Source: Candidatus Latescibacterota bacterium (GTDB lineage: Bacteria; Latescibacterota; UBA2968). From it: 64,000 bases of DNA. A program made the translations under genes and the position numbers. Location: the NCBI GenBank assembly GCA_965198115.1, contig OZ240241.1:448001-512000 (forward strand). Direction: 5' to 3'. The notes beneath the pieces are model-generated. The model was not told the DNA's origin. It was given only the letters and a program-made list of their open reading frames with translations, and searched no databases. This document shows, piece by piece, positions 1-10,329 of this stretch (positions within the stretch are counted from its first letter, which is position 1; every line of letters starts with the position of its first letter).

Positions 1-1128
1 GATCTCTACAGGGCGAATCAGCTGAACGAAAACATCCTGAACAGCATCAGTCTTGCGCTGACTGTCGTGGATCTCGAGGGTCGTGTTCTGGAGTGGAACA
101 GCGCCTATGCCGAGTGGACGGGAATCGACAAGGCCGAGGCGTTGGGAAAACACTACGCAACAGATCTCGGCGGATCGTTCTCGGACACGAATGTGTCCCA
201 GGAGATGGCTGACCTTCTATCACACAGAGAGCCAGTCGCGCTTCAGAATCTGAGTTTTTCAGCGACCGAATCAGAGTCCCGGACCGTCAACCTGGTCGGG
301 TTTCCTCTACGGGACGTCGAGGGTGAGGTGTTTGGAGCGGTGATCGTGCTCGAGGACGTGACCGAGCGAGCACAACTCGAGGCTCAGCTCCAGCAGTCGG
401 CGAGACTGGCTTCCGTCGGCGAGCTCGCGGCGGGTGTTGCCCACGAGGTCAACAATCCGCTCGGGTCGATCTCCTCTCTCGCTCAGATGCTGCTTTCGTC
501 GCCCGGTGGCGAGCAAAGCGACGCGCTTCGGACGATCGTCGATCAGGTCAATCGGATCTCGGGTATTCTCGGCAATCTTGTCGATTTCTCCCGTGCACGT
601 CCCGCAGTGAAGGAGCAGGTCGAGATTTCGGAGGTCGTCGATTCGGTGGTCGGGCTGGCGAAGTTCAATCGGAAGTTCAGGGATATCGAGATCGATCGTC
701 GGCTGGATCCGGCGTGTCCACACATCACGGGGGACGCCGGTCAGATTCAGCAGCTTCTGTTGAACCTGCTGCTGAACTCGGCGGACGCAATGCCGACTGG
801 GGGTCTGGTCAAGATCGAGACGGATGGGCATCCGCCTGGAGAACAGTCGATGGCCCTGAAAATTCGTGTGACGGATACCGGTCACGGAATCCCTGAGAAT
901 CAGATCAATCGGGTGTTCGATCCCTTCTTCACGACGAAACCGACTGGTGAGGGGACGGGACTCGGTCTGTCGGTCTGTTACGGCGTCGTTCGCTCACACG
1001 ACGGAGAGATCGCTGTGGAAAGCGAGGAGGGATTCGGGACGACGTTCGTGATCGATCTGCCGACTGGGGAGGCAGAAGGACTGAACCACCAAGACACCAA
1101 GGGCACCAAGGGCACCAAGGAAACATAG
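1..1128 (+). CDS. PAS-domain sensor histidine kinase (NtrB-like), 5'-partial
   Basis: Frame open from base 1. PAS-like N-terminus, H-box AGVAHEVNNPL, N-box LNLLLNSADAM, DTGHGI and GTGLGLSVCYG motifs. Confidence 0.93.
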   Translation, partial: DLYRANQLNENILNSISLALTVVDLEGRVLEWNSAYAEWTGIDKAEALGKHYATDLGGSFSDTNVSQEMADLLSHREPVALQNLSFSATESESRTVNLVGFPLRDVEGEVFGAVIVLEDVTERAQLEAQLQQSARLASVGELAAGVAHEVNNPLGSISSLAQMLLSSPGGEQSDALRTIVDQVNRISGILGNLVDFSRARPAVKEQVEISEVVDSVVGLAKFNRKFRDIEIDRRLDPACPHITGDAGQIQQLLLNLLLNSADAMPTGGLVKIETDGHPPGEQSMALKIRVTDTGHGIPENQINRVFDPFFTTKPTGEGTGLGLSVCYGVVRSHDGEIAVESEEGFGTTFVIDLPTGEAEGLNHQDTKGTKGTKET

Positions 1129-1180
1129 GACGATGGGGAGCTGGGGAGCTGGGGAGCGGAGGTGCAGGGGAGCAGGGGAG
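1087..1180. repeat. Short-period tandem repeats (CACCAAGGG-like 9-mers, then GGGGAGCT-like 8-mers) spanning the kinase stop codon
   Basis: caccaagacaccaagggcaccaagggcaccaagg, followed by tggggagctggggagctggggagc...ggggagcaggggag. Confidence 0.75.
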
Positions 1181-1265
1181 ATGGCTTTGTCTGGCTGCAC
1201 GGTCACTTCCTCAACTTAAGTGACGTTTAGTGTGAAGCACACAAACCAGAACGACGGATAAAAAA

Positions 1266-2685
1266 GGCTATATCCGGATCTCTCAACGAGATGAAGTGGG
1301 TGAAGGTGCCGTGGTTCCTGGCATGGGGGCGCGGTTAGCGTGTGCGGAACCTCTTCGGAATCTGCTCAGGGATGTTTATGTCTCCGACGGTAAGGAAGAT
1401 CATATCGTTGAATGCGTCGAGTGTGCGGAATCCGCTGGCTCGGTTCTTGACGATTTGGACGATTCGGTTGAGGCCTTCGGCGATGGCGTTGGTAAGACGC
1501 GTGTTCACGAATGCGAGGACGCCGAAGAAGTGCTGTCGCAGGGTCCTGACGAACTTTCGCAGGGGTTCACGTCGACTTCTGAGTGCGGACGTCGTCCAGC
1601 ATTTCAGGAAGCGTTCGGCAGCCCAGGGCGCTTTGTATTCCCAGAACTGCTCGAACTCGTCCTTGAGTCTCCAGGCTCTATAGATTCGGTAGTTCGCCTT
1701 CTCCAGTGCTTTGAGTGTCCGAGTATCCCCTCTGGAGCGTGTCGCTGAGTGCCGGTAGAGGAGCCATCGGAGGCCCTTCATGGCTTTGCGCTCATCCGGG
1801 GCAGCTTTACGCCACTGGTCCTTACGGACCTCGTCAACGGCGGCATTGAGAGCCTTGACGATGTGAAAGCGATCGAGGACCAGCTTGGCATTCGGACAGT
1901 GTTCCTGGATGGCTCCGATGTAAGCTTCGCTCATGTCGCAGCAGGCCCACTCGATCTTGGATCTCCGGTAGGGACTGAGAGCCTCTGTGAAGAACCGATC
2001 GATCGTTTTACGCGCCCTGCCGCGGCCAACCCACACCACGCAGGAGCGGTCCAGATCGTAAACGAGCGTGGCGTACCTGTGACGCTTGGCGTAGGAGATC
2101 TCGTCGATCCCGATGGTTTTGAGCCCTCGGATACGATGACCTTCACGAAGCCGCGTGATGGATCGGTGAAGGAGATCCGACAGCGTCGAGGCAGAGATGC
2201 GCAGTAACTCGGACGCCGCCTTCTGCGTCATGGTCTGGCAGTAGCGCAGCATGGCATACTCGAAGCGATACGTCACCCGAGAGAACCGCTCCGCCCACGG
2301 AATCTCCTCGACCACACGACCGTGGGTAGGACACCGAATCTCCCGAGGATGGTAGAGAAGCCAGACCCTCCACCCGCACACCGGAATGTCACGCCACCGA
2401 CGCGGATGGGGCATTGTGCGGACGATTTTACCTCGACGGCCGCACTCCGGACAACAACAACCATTCTTATGTGGCTTTACGGCGATGACGAAACAGCTTC
2501 TCCCCTCAAACCACCAGCTGACAACACGGAACCCCTTGAATCTCAGCAGTTTCGATAGTAATCTGCTCCCGGTCATAGGTCGCACCCCCTTCGCTTTGAT
2601 TGTCCTACACACACAACCAAGCGTAGGGAACGATCTATGACCTTGTCATTCTATAGTTTCACCGTTGAGAAACCCGGATAGAGCC
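1266..2685 (-). mobile_element. ISL3-family IS, copy 1 (transposase 1335..2612)
   Basis: Imperfect terminal IRs GGCTATATCCGGATCTCTCAACG / GGCTCTATCCGGGTTTCTCAACG. 8-bp TSD ATAAAAAA (1258-1265, 2686-2693). Zn-finger CPECG, GIDE, CDMS, DRFH and TNAIAEGLN motifs. Confidence 0.97.
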
Positions 2686-2692
2686 ATAAAAA

Positions 2693-4096
2693 ATGGCTGG
2701 CGAGAAGATTCTGATTGCTGAAGACGAAGATCTGCTGCGGAACATTCTGGTCAGGCTGCTGACGGACGAAGGATATGACACGTTCTCCTCAGCCAACGGA
2801 CAGGATGCGCTCGAGATTTTCGAGAATGAACGGATCGATCTGGTGCTGACGGATATCCGGATGCCTAAAGTCGACGGTCTGGAGCTGCTGGGACGCGTGA
2901 AGGATCTGGACGACGACGTGATGGTGATCGTGACGGCGGCCTTCGGTTCGGTCGACTCGGCGGTGGAAGCGATGCGGAAGGGGGCGTACGACTACATCAC
3001 CAAGCCTTTCATCAACGACGACATCGTTCTGACCGTCCGGAATGCGCTGCAGCAGAGAGACCTGTTCCGCGAAAACCGCTATCTGAAGCGCATTCTCCGT
3101 GAGAAGTACCGATTCGACCAGATCATCGGGAAGAGCGAGGCCATGCAAGAGGTCTACGACCTGATGGAAAAGGTCTGCAAGACGACGACGAATGTCCTGC
3201 TGACGGGAAAGAGTGGAACCGGAAAAGAGCTCGTGGCACAGGCCATTCACTTCAACTCCGATCGATCGGGCCGACCTTTTCTTGCGGTGAACTGCGCCGC
3301 GCTGACGGAGAGCCTGCTCGAAAGCGAGTTGTTCGGTCACGTGAAGGGCGCGTTCACGGGTGCGGATACGGCGAAGGTGGGCTACTTCGAGCGAGCGAAC
3401 GGCGGCACGCTCTTTCTGGATGAAATCGGCGAGATCTCTTCCACGCTTCAGATCAAACTGCTGCGGACGCTCCAGGAGCGGGAGGTCGTACCGGTGGGCA
3501 GCACCGATCCGATACAGCTGGACGTCCGGCTGATCTGTGCCACCCACCGCGATGTAGAAGTGGAGGTCGCTGAGGGAAGACTTCGAGAGGATTTTTACTA
3601 CCGAATCAATGTGATGCAGATTTCGCTCCCCGCGCTCAGCGATCGGAGGGACGATATCCCATTGCTCGCTCGACACTTTCTCAGTGTGGGTGAAAAACGG
3701 ACGGGAAATCCTCACATCAGTATTTCCAGAGAAGCGATGATGTGCCTGATCAACTACGACTGGCCAGGCAACGTGCGTGAGCTCGAGAACGTGATCGAAC
3801 GGTCGATTGTTCTGATCGAGGGAGATACCATCCTGCCCGAGCATCTGCCACAAAAGGTCAGGACAGTGTCGATCGAAATCGAGGATCCCGATGGAGAAGA
3901 GGCGACGCTGGCCGAGTTGGAGAAACAGCACATTCTGCGCGTGCTGGGCCGCGTCGAGGGCAGGAAGTCGGAGGCAGCGAGAATTCTGGGGATCAACCTG
4001 GCGACGTTGTATCGGAAGTTGAATCGCTATGAGGAAGGTCAAAGACTTGGAACCACCCCTCGACTTCGCTCGGGACAGGCTCCTGAACACGAATGA
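2693..4096 (+). CDS. Sigma-54-dependent response regulator (NtrC/AtoC/ZraR type)
   Basis: Receiver domain, GKSGTGKE Walker A, ESELFGH, GAFTGA, WPGNVRELEN, C-terminal Fis HTH. Confidence 0.96.
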   Translation: MAGEKILIAEDEDLLRNILVRLLTDEGYDTFSSANGQDALEIFENERIDLVLTDIRMPKVDGLELLGRVKDLDDDVMVIVTAAFGSVDSAVEAMRKGAYDYITKPFINDDIVLTVRNALQQRDLFRENRYLKRILREKYRFDQIIGKSEAMQEVYDLMEKVCKTTTNVLLTGKSGTGKELVAQAIHFNSDRSGRPFLAVNCAALTESLLESELFGHVKGAFTGADTAKVGYFERANGGTLFLDEIGEISSTLQIKLLRTLQEREVVPVGSTDPIQLDVRLICATHRDVEVEVAEGRLREDFYYRINVMQISLPALSDRRDDIPLLARHFLSVGEKRTGNPHISISREAMMCLINYDWPGNVRELENVIERSIVLIEGDTILPEHLPQKVRTVSIEIEDPDGEEATLAELEKQHILRVLGRVEGRKSEAARILGINLATLYRKLNRYEEGQRLGTTPRLRSGQAPEHE

Positions 4097-4125
4097 ACAC
4101 GAATGTTGGGGAGAAGGGACGCAGA

Positions 4126-4212
4126 TATCGAAAATCGAGAATCGAGGATCGAAGATTGGGGATCGAAAGCCCGCTCCTTATTCTCGATCCTCGATAGTCA
4201 ATTCTCGATTTT
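4126..4212. repeat. Heptamer tandem array followed by its inverted complement
   Basis: atcgaaa-atcgaga-atcgagg-atcgaag-attgggg-atcgaaa, then ttctcga-tcctcga-tagtcaa-ttctcga. Confidence 0.8.
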
Positions 4213-4232
4213 ATGAAACAGGAGCAAGATCG

Positions 4233-4739
4233 ATGTCAAGGGTTTGGGTGATCACCGGACTCGTGCTCGTGTGCGGTCTGGGGGCTGGGGTCGCGGCGGG
4301 TACGGTCGAGGCAGATGACGTTCTGGGGGAGTGGGTGACGGCCGGTGGCGAGTCGCGTGTTGAAGTAATCAGGCGAGACGATCTGTATTGCGGAAGCATC
4401 GTGGGTCTGATCGAGCCGTTCTATGGAGCAGGGGAACGGAGCGGGATGGATGGCGTGCCGAGGGTCGATGTCGAGAATCCGGACAAGAAGCTGCGCGATC
4501 GACCGTTGCTGGGTCTCGAGATTCTTCGCGATTTCAGGTTCGAGGAGGACAAGTGGGTGGGGGGACGCGTCTACGATCCGAAGAATGGCAAGACGTACCG
4601 ATGCGAATTGAGGCTGGAGGGGAGCAAGCTGAAGGTGAGGGGATACATCGGCGTTTCGTGGCTGGGCCGAACGACGGAATGGGAACGCGCCGACGGTTAC
4701 TACGCGAAGGTTCTGCGCATGCTGGGGAAAGCCTCGTGA
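4233..4739 (+). CDS. DUF2147-domain exported protein
   Basis: GGAG RBS before ATG 4233. Signal peptide, DVENPD..LRDRPLLGL, GRVYDPKNGKTY and LKVRGYIG motifs. Confidence 0.88.
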   Translation: MSRVWVITGLVLVCGLGAGVAAGTVEADDVLGEWVTAGGESRVEVIRRDDLYCGSIVGLIEPFYGAGERSGMDGVPRVDVENPDKKLRDRPLLGLEILRDFRFEEDKWVGGRVYDPKNGKTYRCELRLEGSKLKVRGYIGVSWLGRTTEWERADGYYAKVLRMLGKAS

Positions 4740-6741
4740 CCCGGCTTGCCATCGCCATTGCTGTCGCCCTCTGGGTCTTGCCTGTGGACGTTCCGGCGCA
4801 GGAGGAAGAGATGGACGATCGTCTGTCCGTCTCGGCTGAGTTCCTGTTTCCAGACGATCGTGACAACCGAGATATCCGCGTTACCAACATCTCGCTGGAA
4901 ACGGGGAAGTACCTGCGACACGGCTTGTGGCTCCGAGGTGCGATCGGGGTCGCTGTGACGGACGGTGTTTACGTGGAGGATGATGGTTCCTCAGAGGGTC
5001 GGGCATTCGAGGCGAACGGGGTGGGTACGGGTCTCCACGGCTATCTGCGATGGCGGCCCGTTCGGATAGGCCGGGTCGCACCGTTCATCGACGCTGGAAT
5101 CGGAATGCTTTTTATGGGCTATATCCGGATCTCTCAACGAGCTGAAGTGGGTGAAGGTGCCGTGGTTCCTGGCATGGGGGCGCGGTTAGCGTGTGCGGAA
5201 CCTCTTCGGAATCTGCTCAGGGATGTTTATGTCTCCGACGGTAAGGAAGATCATATCGTTGAATGCGTCGAGTGTGCGGAATCCGCTGGCTCGGTTCTTG
5301 ACGATTTGGACGATTCGGTTGAGGCCTTCGGCGATGGCGTTGGTAAGACGCGTGTTCACGAATGCGAGGACGCCGAAGAAGTGCTGTCGCAGGGTCCTGA
5401 CGAACTTTCGCAGGGGTTCACGTCGACTTCTGAGTGCGGACGTCGTCCAGCATTTCAGGAAGCGTTCGGCAGCCCAGGGCGCTTTGTATTCCCAGAACTG
5501 CTCGAACTCGTCCTTGAGTCTCCAGGCTCTATAGATTCGGTAGTTCGCCTTCTCCAGTGCTTTGAGTGTCCGAGTATCCCCTCTGGAGCGTGTCGCTGAG
5601 TGCCGGTAGAGGAGCCATCGGAGGCCCTTCATGGCTTTGCGCTCATCCGGGGCAGCTTTACGCCACTGGTCCTTACGGACCTCGTCAACGGCGGCATTGA
5701 GAGCCTTGACGATGTGAAAGCGATCGAGGACCAGCTTGGCATTCGGACAGTGTTCCTGGATGGCTCCGATGTAAGCTTCGCTCATGTCGCAGCAGGCCCA
5801 CTCGATCTTGGATCTCCGGTAGGGACTGAGAGCCTCTGTGAAGAACCGATCGATCGTTTTACGCGCCCTGCCGCGGCCAACCCACACCACGCAGGAGCGG
5901 TCCAGATCGTAAACGAGCGTGGCGTACCTGTGACGCTTGGCGTAGGAGATCTCGTCGATCCCGATGGTTTTGAGCCCTCGGATACGATGACCTTCACGAA
6001 GCCGCGTGATGGATCGGTGAAGGAGATCCGACAGCGTCGAGGCAGAGATGCGCAGTAACTCGGACGCCGCCTTCTGCGTCATGGTCTGGCAGTAGCGCAG
6101 CATGGCATACTCGAAGCGATACGTCACCCGAGAGAACCGCTCCGCCCACGGAATCTCCTCGACCACACGACCGTGGGTAGGACACCGAATCTCCCGAGGA
6201 TGGTAGAGAAGCCAGACCCTCCACCCGCACACCGGAATGTCACGCCACCGACGCGGATGGGGCATTGTGCGGACGATTTTACCTCGACGGCCGCACTCCG
6301 GACAACAACAACCATTCTTATGTGGCTTTACGGCGATGACGAAGCAGCTTCTCCCCTCAAACCACCAGCTGACAACACGGAACCCCTTGAATCTCAGCAG
6401 TTTCGATAGTAATCTGCTCCCGGTCATAGGTCGCACCCCCTTCGCTTTGATTGTCCTACACACACAACCAAGCGTAGGGAACGATCTATGACCTTGTCAT
6501 TCTATAGTTTCACCGTTGAGAAACCCGGATAGAGCCTTTTTATGACCGAAGCGTTCCCACCGAGTGGGACGGTGTGGAACTTCAGTCCACGCCACGGAGC
6601 AGGCATCGACGTGCGAATCAGCGACGGCTGAGTGTGGCTGTCGCCTATCGTCACGTGCATTATTCGAACGGGAAAGGTTTCGGGCATCCGCGGAATCCGT
6701 CGTATGACGGGAGTGGGGTTTTGGTGGCGGTTTCGTGGTAG
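4736..6741 (+). pseudogene. Acyloxyacyl hydrolase / PagL-like outer-membrane protein, interrupted by ISL3 and frameshifted near 6625
   Basis: Removing the IS joins PFIDAGIGMLFM to TEAFPPSGTVWNFS. After a frameshift the sequence reads YRHVHYSNG..NPSYDG and ends in W, matching the PagL-like HxSN motif. Confidence 0.75.
5117..6536 (-). mobile_element. ISL3-family IS, copy 2 (transposase 5186..6463)
   Basis: Same IRs as copy 1. TSD TTTTTATG (5109-5116, 6537-6544). Confidence 0.97.
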
Positions 6742-6772
6742 GACTCGGAGTGAAGGCGCTTCACAGAGAGGG

Positions 6773-7059
6773 GCAGAAAAGTCCCGCTTCCCTCGGTACA
6801 GCCGCTAACGCGGCCACTCGGGACAGGCACGCGCCGCGGCCCTCGATACGCGCGTGGAACAGAGCTGTTCGCGAAACCACGCGCAACTCGGGCACACGGT
6901 CGTTACCCTCCCCAACGGCTATTCCGCATCCCCGAGTGCCCTCCGCAGGAGGGTGTAACGAGGGGGCCGGCCTTTACCTGGTCCGCTATTGCGTGGGAGA
7001 CGTGCTCTTTCAACGGTCTTAAGGAGCGGTTGGTTTCTGATCGGTCCACACCCAAGCGT
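6773..7059. repeat. Recurrent structured intergenic element, copy A
   Basis: Shares 5' GCAGAAAAGYCCCGCT and a ~90-bp 3' block with 9963..10176. Confidence 0.7.
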
Positions 7060-7112
7060 GAAGAACCAGCTCTAAATCATGAATCCTGTCCACGATAGGA
7101 AATGAGTCGCTA

Positions 7113-9443
7113 ATGAAACTCTACAGATTCGTTTTGACAGCTCTGCTTGCGGTTCCGGCAATGGTGTGGGCTGATGGTACGATCACAGGGATGGTTGTTG
7201 GCGGCTCGGACAAGGATCCACTGCCTTATGTGAATGTGACGGTCGCGGGGCATCCTTTCGGGGAAATGACCGATCTGGCGGGGAGGTTCTCGATCAGGCT
7301 TCCTGCAGGCAGCTACACGTTGACGGCTTCTATGATTGGGTATGCCCCGGGTGTGATTCAGGGTGTGGGCGTCGATTCCGGGTCTGTTGCGGAGGTTGTT
7401 TTCCAGCTGGAGGAGCGGATGCTCGAGCTGGCGGCAATCACCGTGACGCCGGGGCGGTTCGCGATCATGCAGGCGGATCCGGTGGTTTCGCAGACGTTGT
7501 CGCGGGAGGATATCGAGAGTATTCCTCAATTCGGCGAAGACATCTATCGGGCGGTGACGCGACTGCCGGGCATCTCGGCCAACGATTTTTCCGCGAAGTT
7601 CACGGTCCGCGGGGGCGAGCACGAGGAGGTGCTGGTCAGCCTCGATGGCCTCGAGATCAAAGACCCGTTCCACTTGAAGGACATCAACGGCGGGGGGCTG
7701 AGTATCATCGACGTGATGGCGATCGGTGGGATCGATCTGATGACGGGTGGGTTTCCCGCGCAGCACGGCGGGCATCTGAGCGGGGTGTTCAACATCTCGT
7801 CGATCACGCCTAAGCCCGAACGTCAGACTACGCTGGGCATCAGCCTGATGAACGCCCGCGTCATGAGCGAGGGGCAGTTCAACAAGGGAGACGGGAAGTG
7901 GATGATGTCGGCGCGAAGGGGATACCTGGATATCGTCCTCAAGATCATGAACGAGGAGCAGATCGAACCGAAGTACTACGATGTGTTCGGAAAGGTCGAA
8001 TACGCGTTGAACGATCGTCACACGCTGTCTACCCACGTGTTGGCTGCGGGTGATGATCTGTTTGCGCAGGAAGACAGAGACACGGCTCGTACGAAATATG
8101 ACAATACCTACGTCTGGCATCGGCTGAATTCGACGTTCGGGGCGAGCCTGGCGGCGGAAACGGTTCTCTCGTTCAGCCGGATCACGCACTCGAGGGAGGG
8201 AAAGGACCTGGAGGTGGCACCGGTTCCTCAAGGAGATGGGTTTTCCTACGTGGATGAGGTCCAGTGGAACGTGGCCGACGAGCGAAGTTTCAACGTGTTC
8301 GGGCTGAAACAGGACTGGAACTGGGAGACGACGGACCGTCATCTGATCAGTTGGGGATTCGGCGTGAAGCGATTGAAGGCGGACTACGACTATTTCAATC
8401 GAGATCGCTTTTTCGGCCGAACCGGCCCTGACGAAGCGATCGCCTCGTTGTATGACACGACTCGCGTTACGGTGAATCCTACGGGGAACGAGCTCGGACT
8501 GTTCGTGAGCGATCGATTCCGGTTGGGGAGTCGGGTGACGGCGGAAGTCGGACTTCGATATGACCGGGTCAGCCACACAGACGACAGCGATTTCAGTCCC
8601 CGAGCGAGCGTGGTGCTCAACCCGACCTTCCGGACCGCGCTGAGAGCTGGCTGGGGTTTCTATCACCAGAGCTAGGGGATCCACGAACTGGACGTTCAGT
8701 TCGGCGACGCAATCTTCTACCGATCGGAACGGTCGGAGCACCGTGTCGTCGGTTTCGAACACGTCTTCTCACGAGGGACGCAGCTCCGCGTCGAGGGGTA
8801 TCAGAAGAAGCGATCGAATGTCCGGCCGAGATACGAGAACCTATCGAAGGACGTTCTGTTTTTCCCGGAGTTGGAGGCGGAGCGGCTGTTTCTGAGACCG
8901 GAGCGCGCGGAGTCGAAGGGTGTCGAGGTTTATCTGAAACGAGATGTGGGAAAGAAGTTCAGTTTCTGGAGCAGCTACGCGATGGCGTGGGCGGACGAGC
9001 GGATCGACGGGTTCGACGTGCCGAAGAACGCCGATCAACGACACACGTTCTATCTGGACGCCAACTTCAGGCCCAATCGGCGGTGGCGGTTCAATGTGGC
9101 GTGGCAGTACCGATCGGGATGGCCCTACAGTGAGCAGGTCTTCGCGAGGCGGGACGCGCCGGAGGGTCTTTTCCCGTTCACGCGACGCTACGGTCAGCTC
9201 AACGCAAAGCGCTTTCCGGCCTATCACCGACTCGATGTCCGCGTGAATCATGCGTTCGATCTGGATCGTGGCCGACTGTCCGTGTTCCTAGAAATGGTGA
9301 ATCTCTACAACCGAGATAACATCAGGCTGATCGAGGCCGGTTCACTGGATGTTGTGGAGAATGGTGACCTGATCGTGGCCAGCGAACATACGGAGAAATG
9401 GTTCCCGCTGTTGCCGTCGATCGGGGCGAGCTGGGAGTTCTAG
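7113..9443 (+). pseudogene. TonB-dependent receptor with carboxypeptidase-regulatory-like N-domain; in-frame TAG at 8673-8675
   Basis: Plug (LPGI..VRGG..EVLVSLDG) and beta-barrel with C-terminal F. ORFs 7113 and 8871 are in the same frame and the sequence after the TAG reads GIHELDVQFGD. Confidence 0.85.
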
Positions 9444-9446
9444 GCG

Positions 9447-9893
9447 ATGATTCAGATCACGATCAAGGAAAGCGTCGTCATCGAAGCCCCGGTCGAGCGC
9501 GTGTGGGACTACACGCAGGACTGGTCTCGACGGATCGAATGGGATCCCGCTGTCAAGAGTGCAGAAATTCTGGCCACGGATCCCACACCCATCGTCCGCG
9601 TTGAGGGGCAGGGAGGAACGTCCTTCACGGCACGCTATAGACTGTTTCGGCGTCCTGAGCAGACCAGCCTCGCGATCACTGAGGGCGTGCCGCGCTGGCT
9701 AGGGGGAGGCGGTTCCTGGAAATACGAGTCGGATGAGAGGGGTACGGTGTGGACGCAGACGAACACAGTGACGATTTCGGGACGCTTACGTGCGTGGCTG
9801 TTGCGCTGGCCGATCAGCCGGCAGCTCCGGTCTTTGACCCGCCGGGCGATGGCGAACGCCAAGGCGAATATTGAGGTTCTTCACTCACAGTAG
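9447..9893 (+). CDS. SRPBCC/START-fold protein
   Basis: IEAPVERVWDYTQD..R.EWD signature, 148 aa. Confidence 0.85.
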   Translation: MIQITIKESVVIEAPVERVWDYTQDWSRRIEWDPAVKSAEILATDPTPIVRVEGQGGTSFTARYRLFRRPEQTSLAITEGVPRWLGGGGSWKYESDERGTVWTQTNTVTISGRLRAWLLRWPISRQLRSLTRRAMANAKANIEVLHSQ

Positions 9894-9962
9894 TGGTACA
9901 GGTTCCGCCAACCCTCCATGCAATATCTATCTGTGTTCTACTCTTTTGTGGCCAAAAGAGTA

Positions 9963-10176
9963 GCAGAAAAGCCCCGCTCAGGCGCCGCGGAGGCTGGTGG
10001 CCCACGCCGGCAGTACGATCCGGTCGGTGACGGCTGTGGTGGTGACCCGAAGTTTGGAGGTGAAAACAGCCGCGTTGCTCGCTGCCGCCTCTACCTGGGC
10101 CGCTATTCCGTGGCTGACGGGCTTGTTTAACGGTCTTAAGGAGCGCTTGGACTTCCATTGATCCACAAACAGGCGT
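9963..10176. repeat. Recurrent structured intergenic element, copy B
   Basis: Similar to 6773..7059 at both ends; the core differs. Confidence 0.7.
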
Positions 10177-10241
10177 AGGAATCCTTTGGAGTAACACTCG
10201 CTACTTGAAGCGACTCTTGAGTCCGGATCCGGGAGGAATCG

Positions 10242-10329
10242 ATGAAATTCGCTCAGTGGGTCTTCAGAATTGCTGGCGTTTATGGAATCCTAGTGGTTGC
10301 ACCGCTTTACTTTATGGAAGACAGGCTAG
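10242..10329 (+). pseudogene. 5' fragment of a small membrane protein, truncated by IS1182
   Basis: GGAGG RBS, then MKFAQWVFRIAGVYGILVVAPLYFMEDR, ending at the CTAG IS junction. Confidence 0.6.

Noticed and set aside
1296-2640. Recurrent antisense ORFs (150, 152, 113, 84 aa) inside ISL3 as cargo genes
   Set aside because: They recur only because the IS copies are near-identical. They overlap the transposase and have no recognisable motifs.
4126-4212. CRISPR array
   Set aside because: Units are 7 nt with no unique spacers, and there are no cas genes in the window.
6773-10176. Integron attC sites
   Set aside because: No clear RYYYAAC/GTTRRRY end pair or full-length palindrome, and no intI. 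Retained only as an unexplained repeat.
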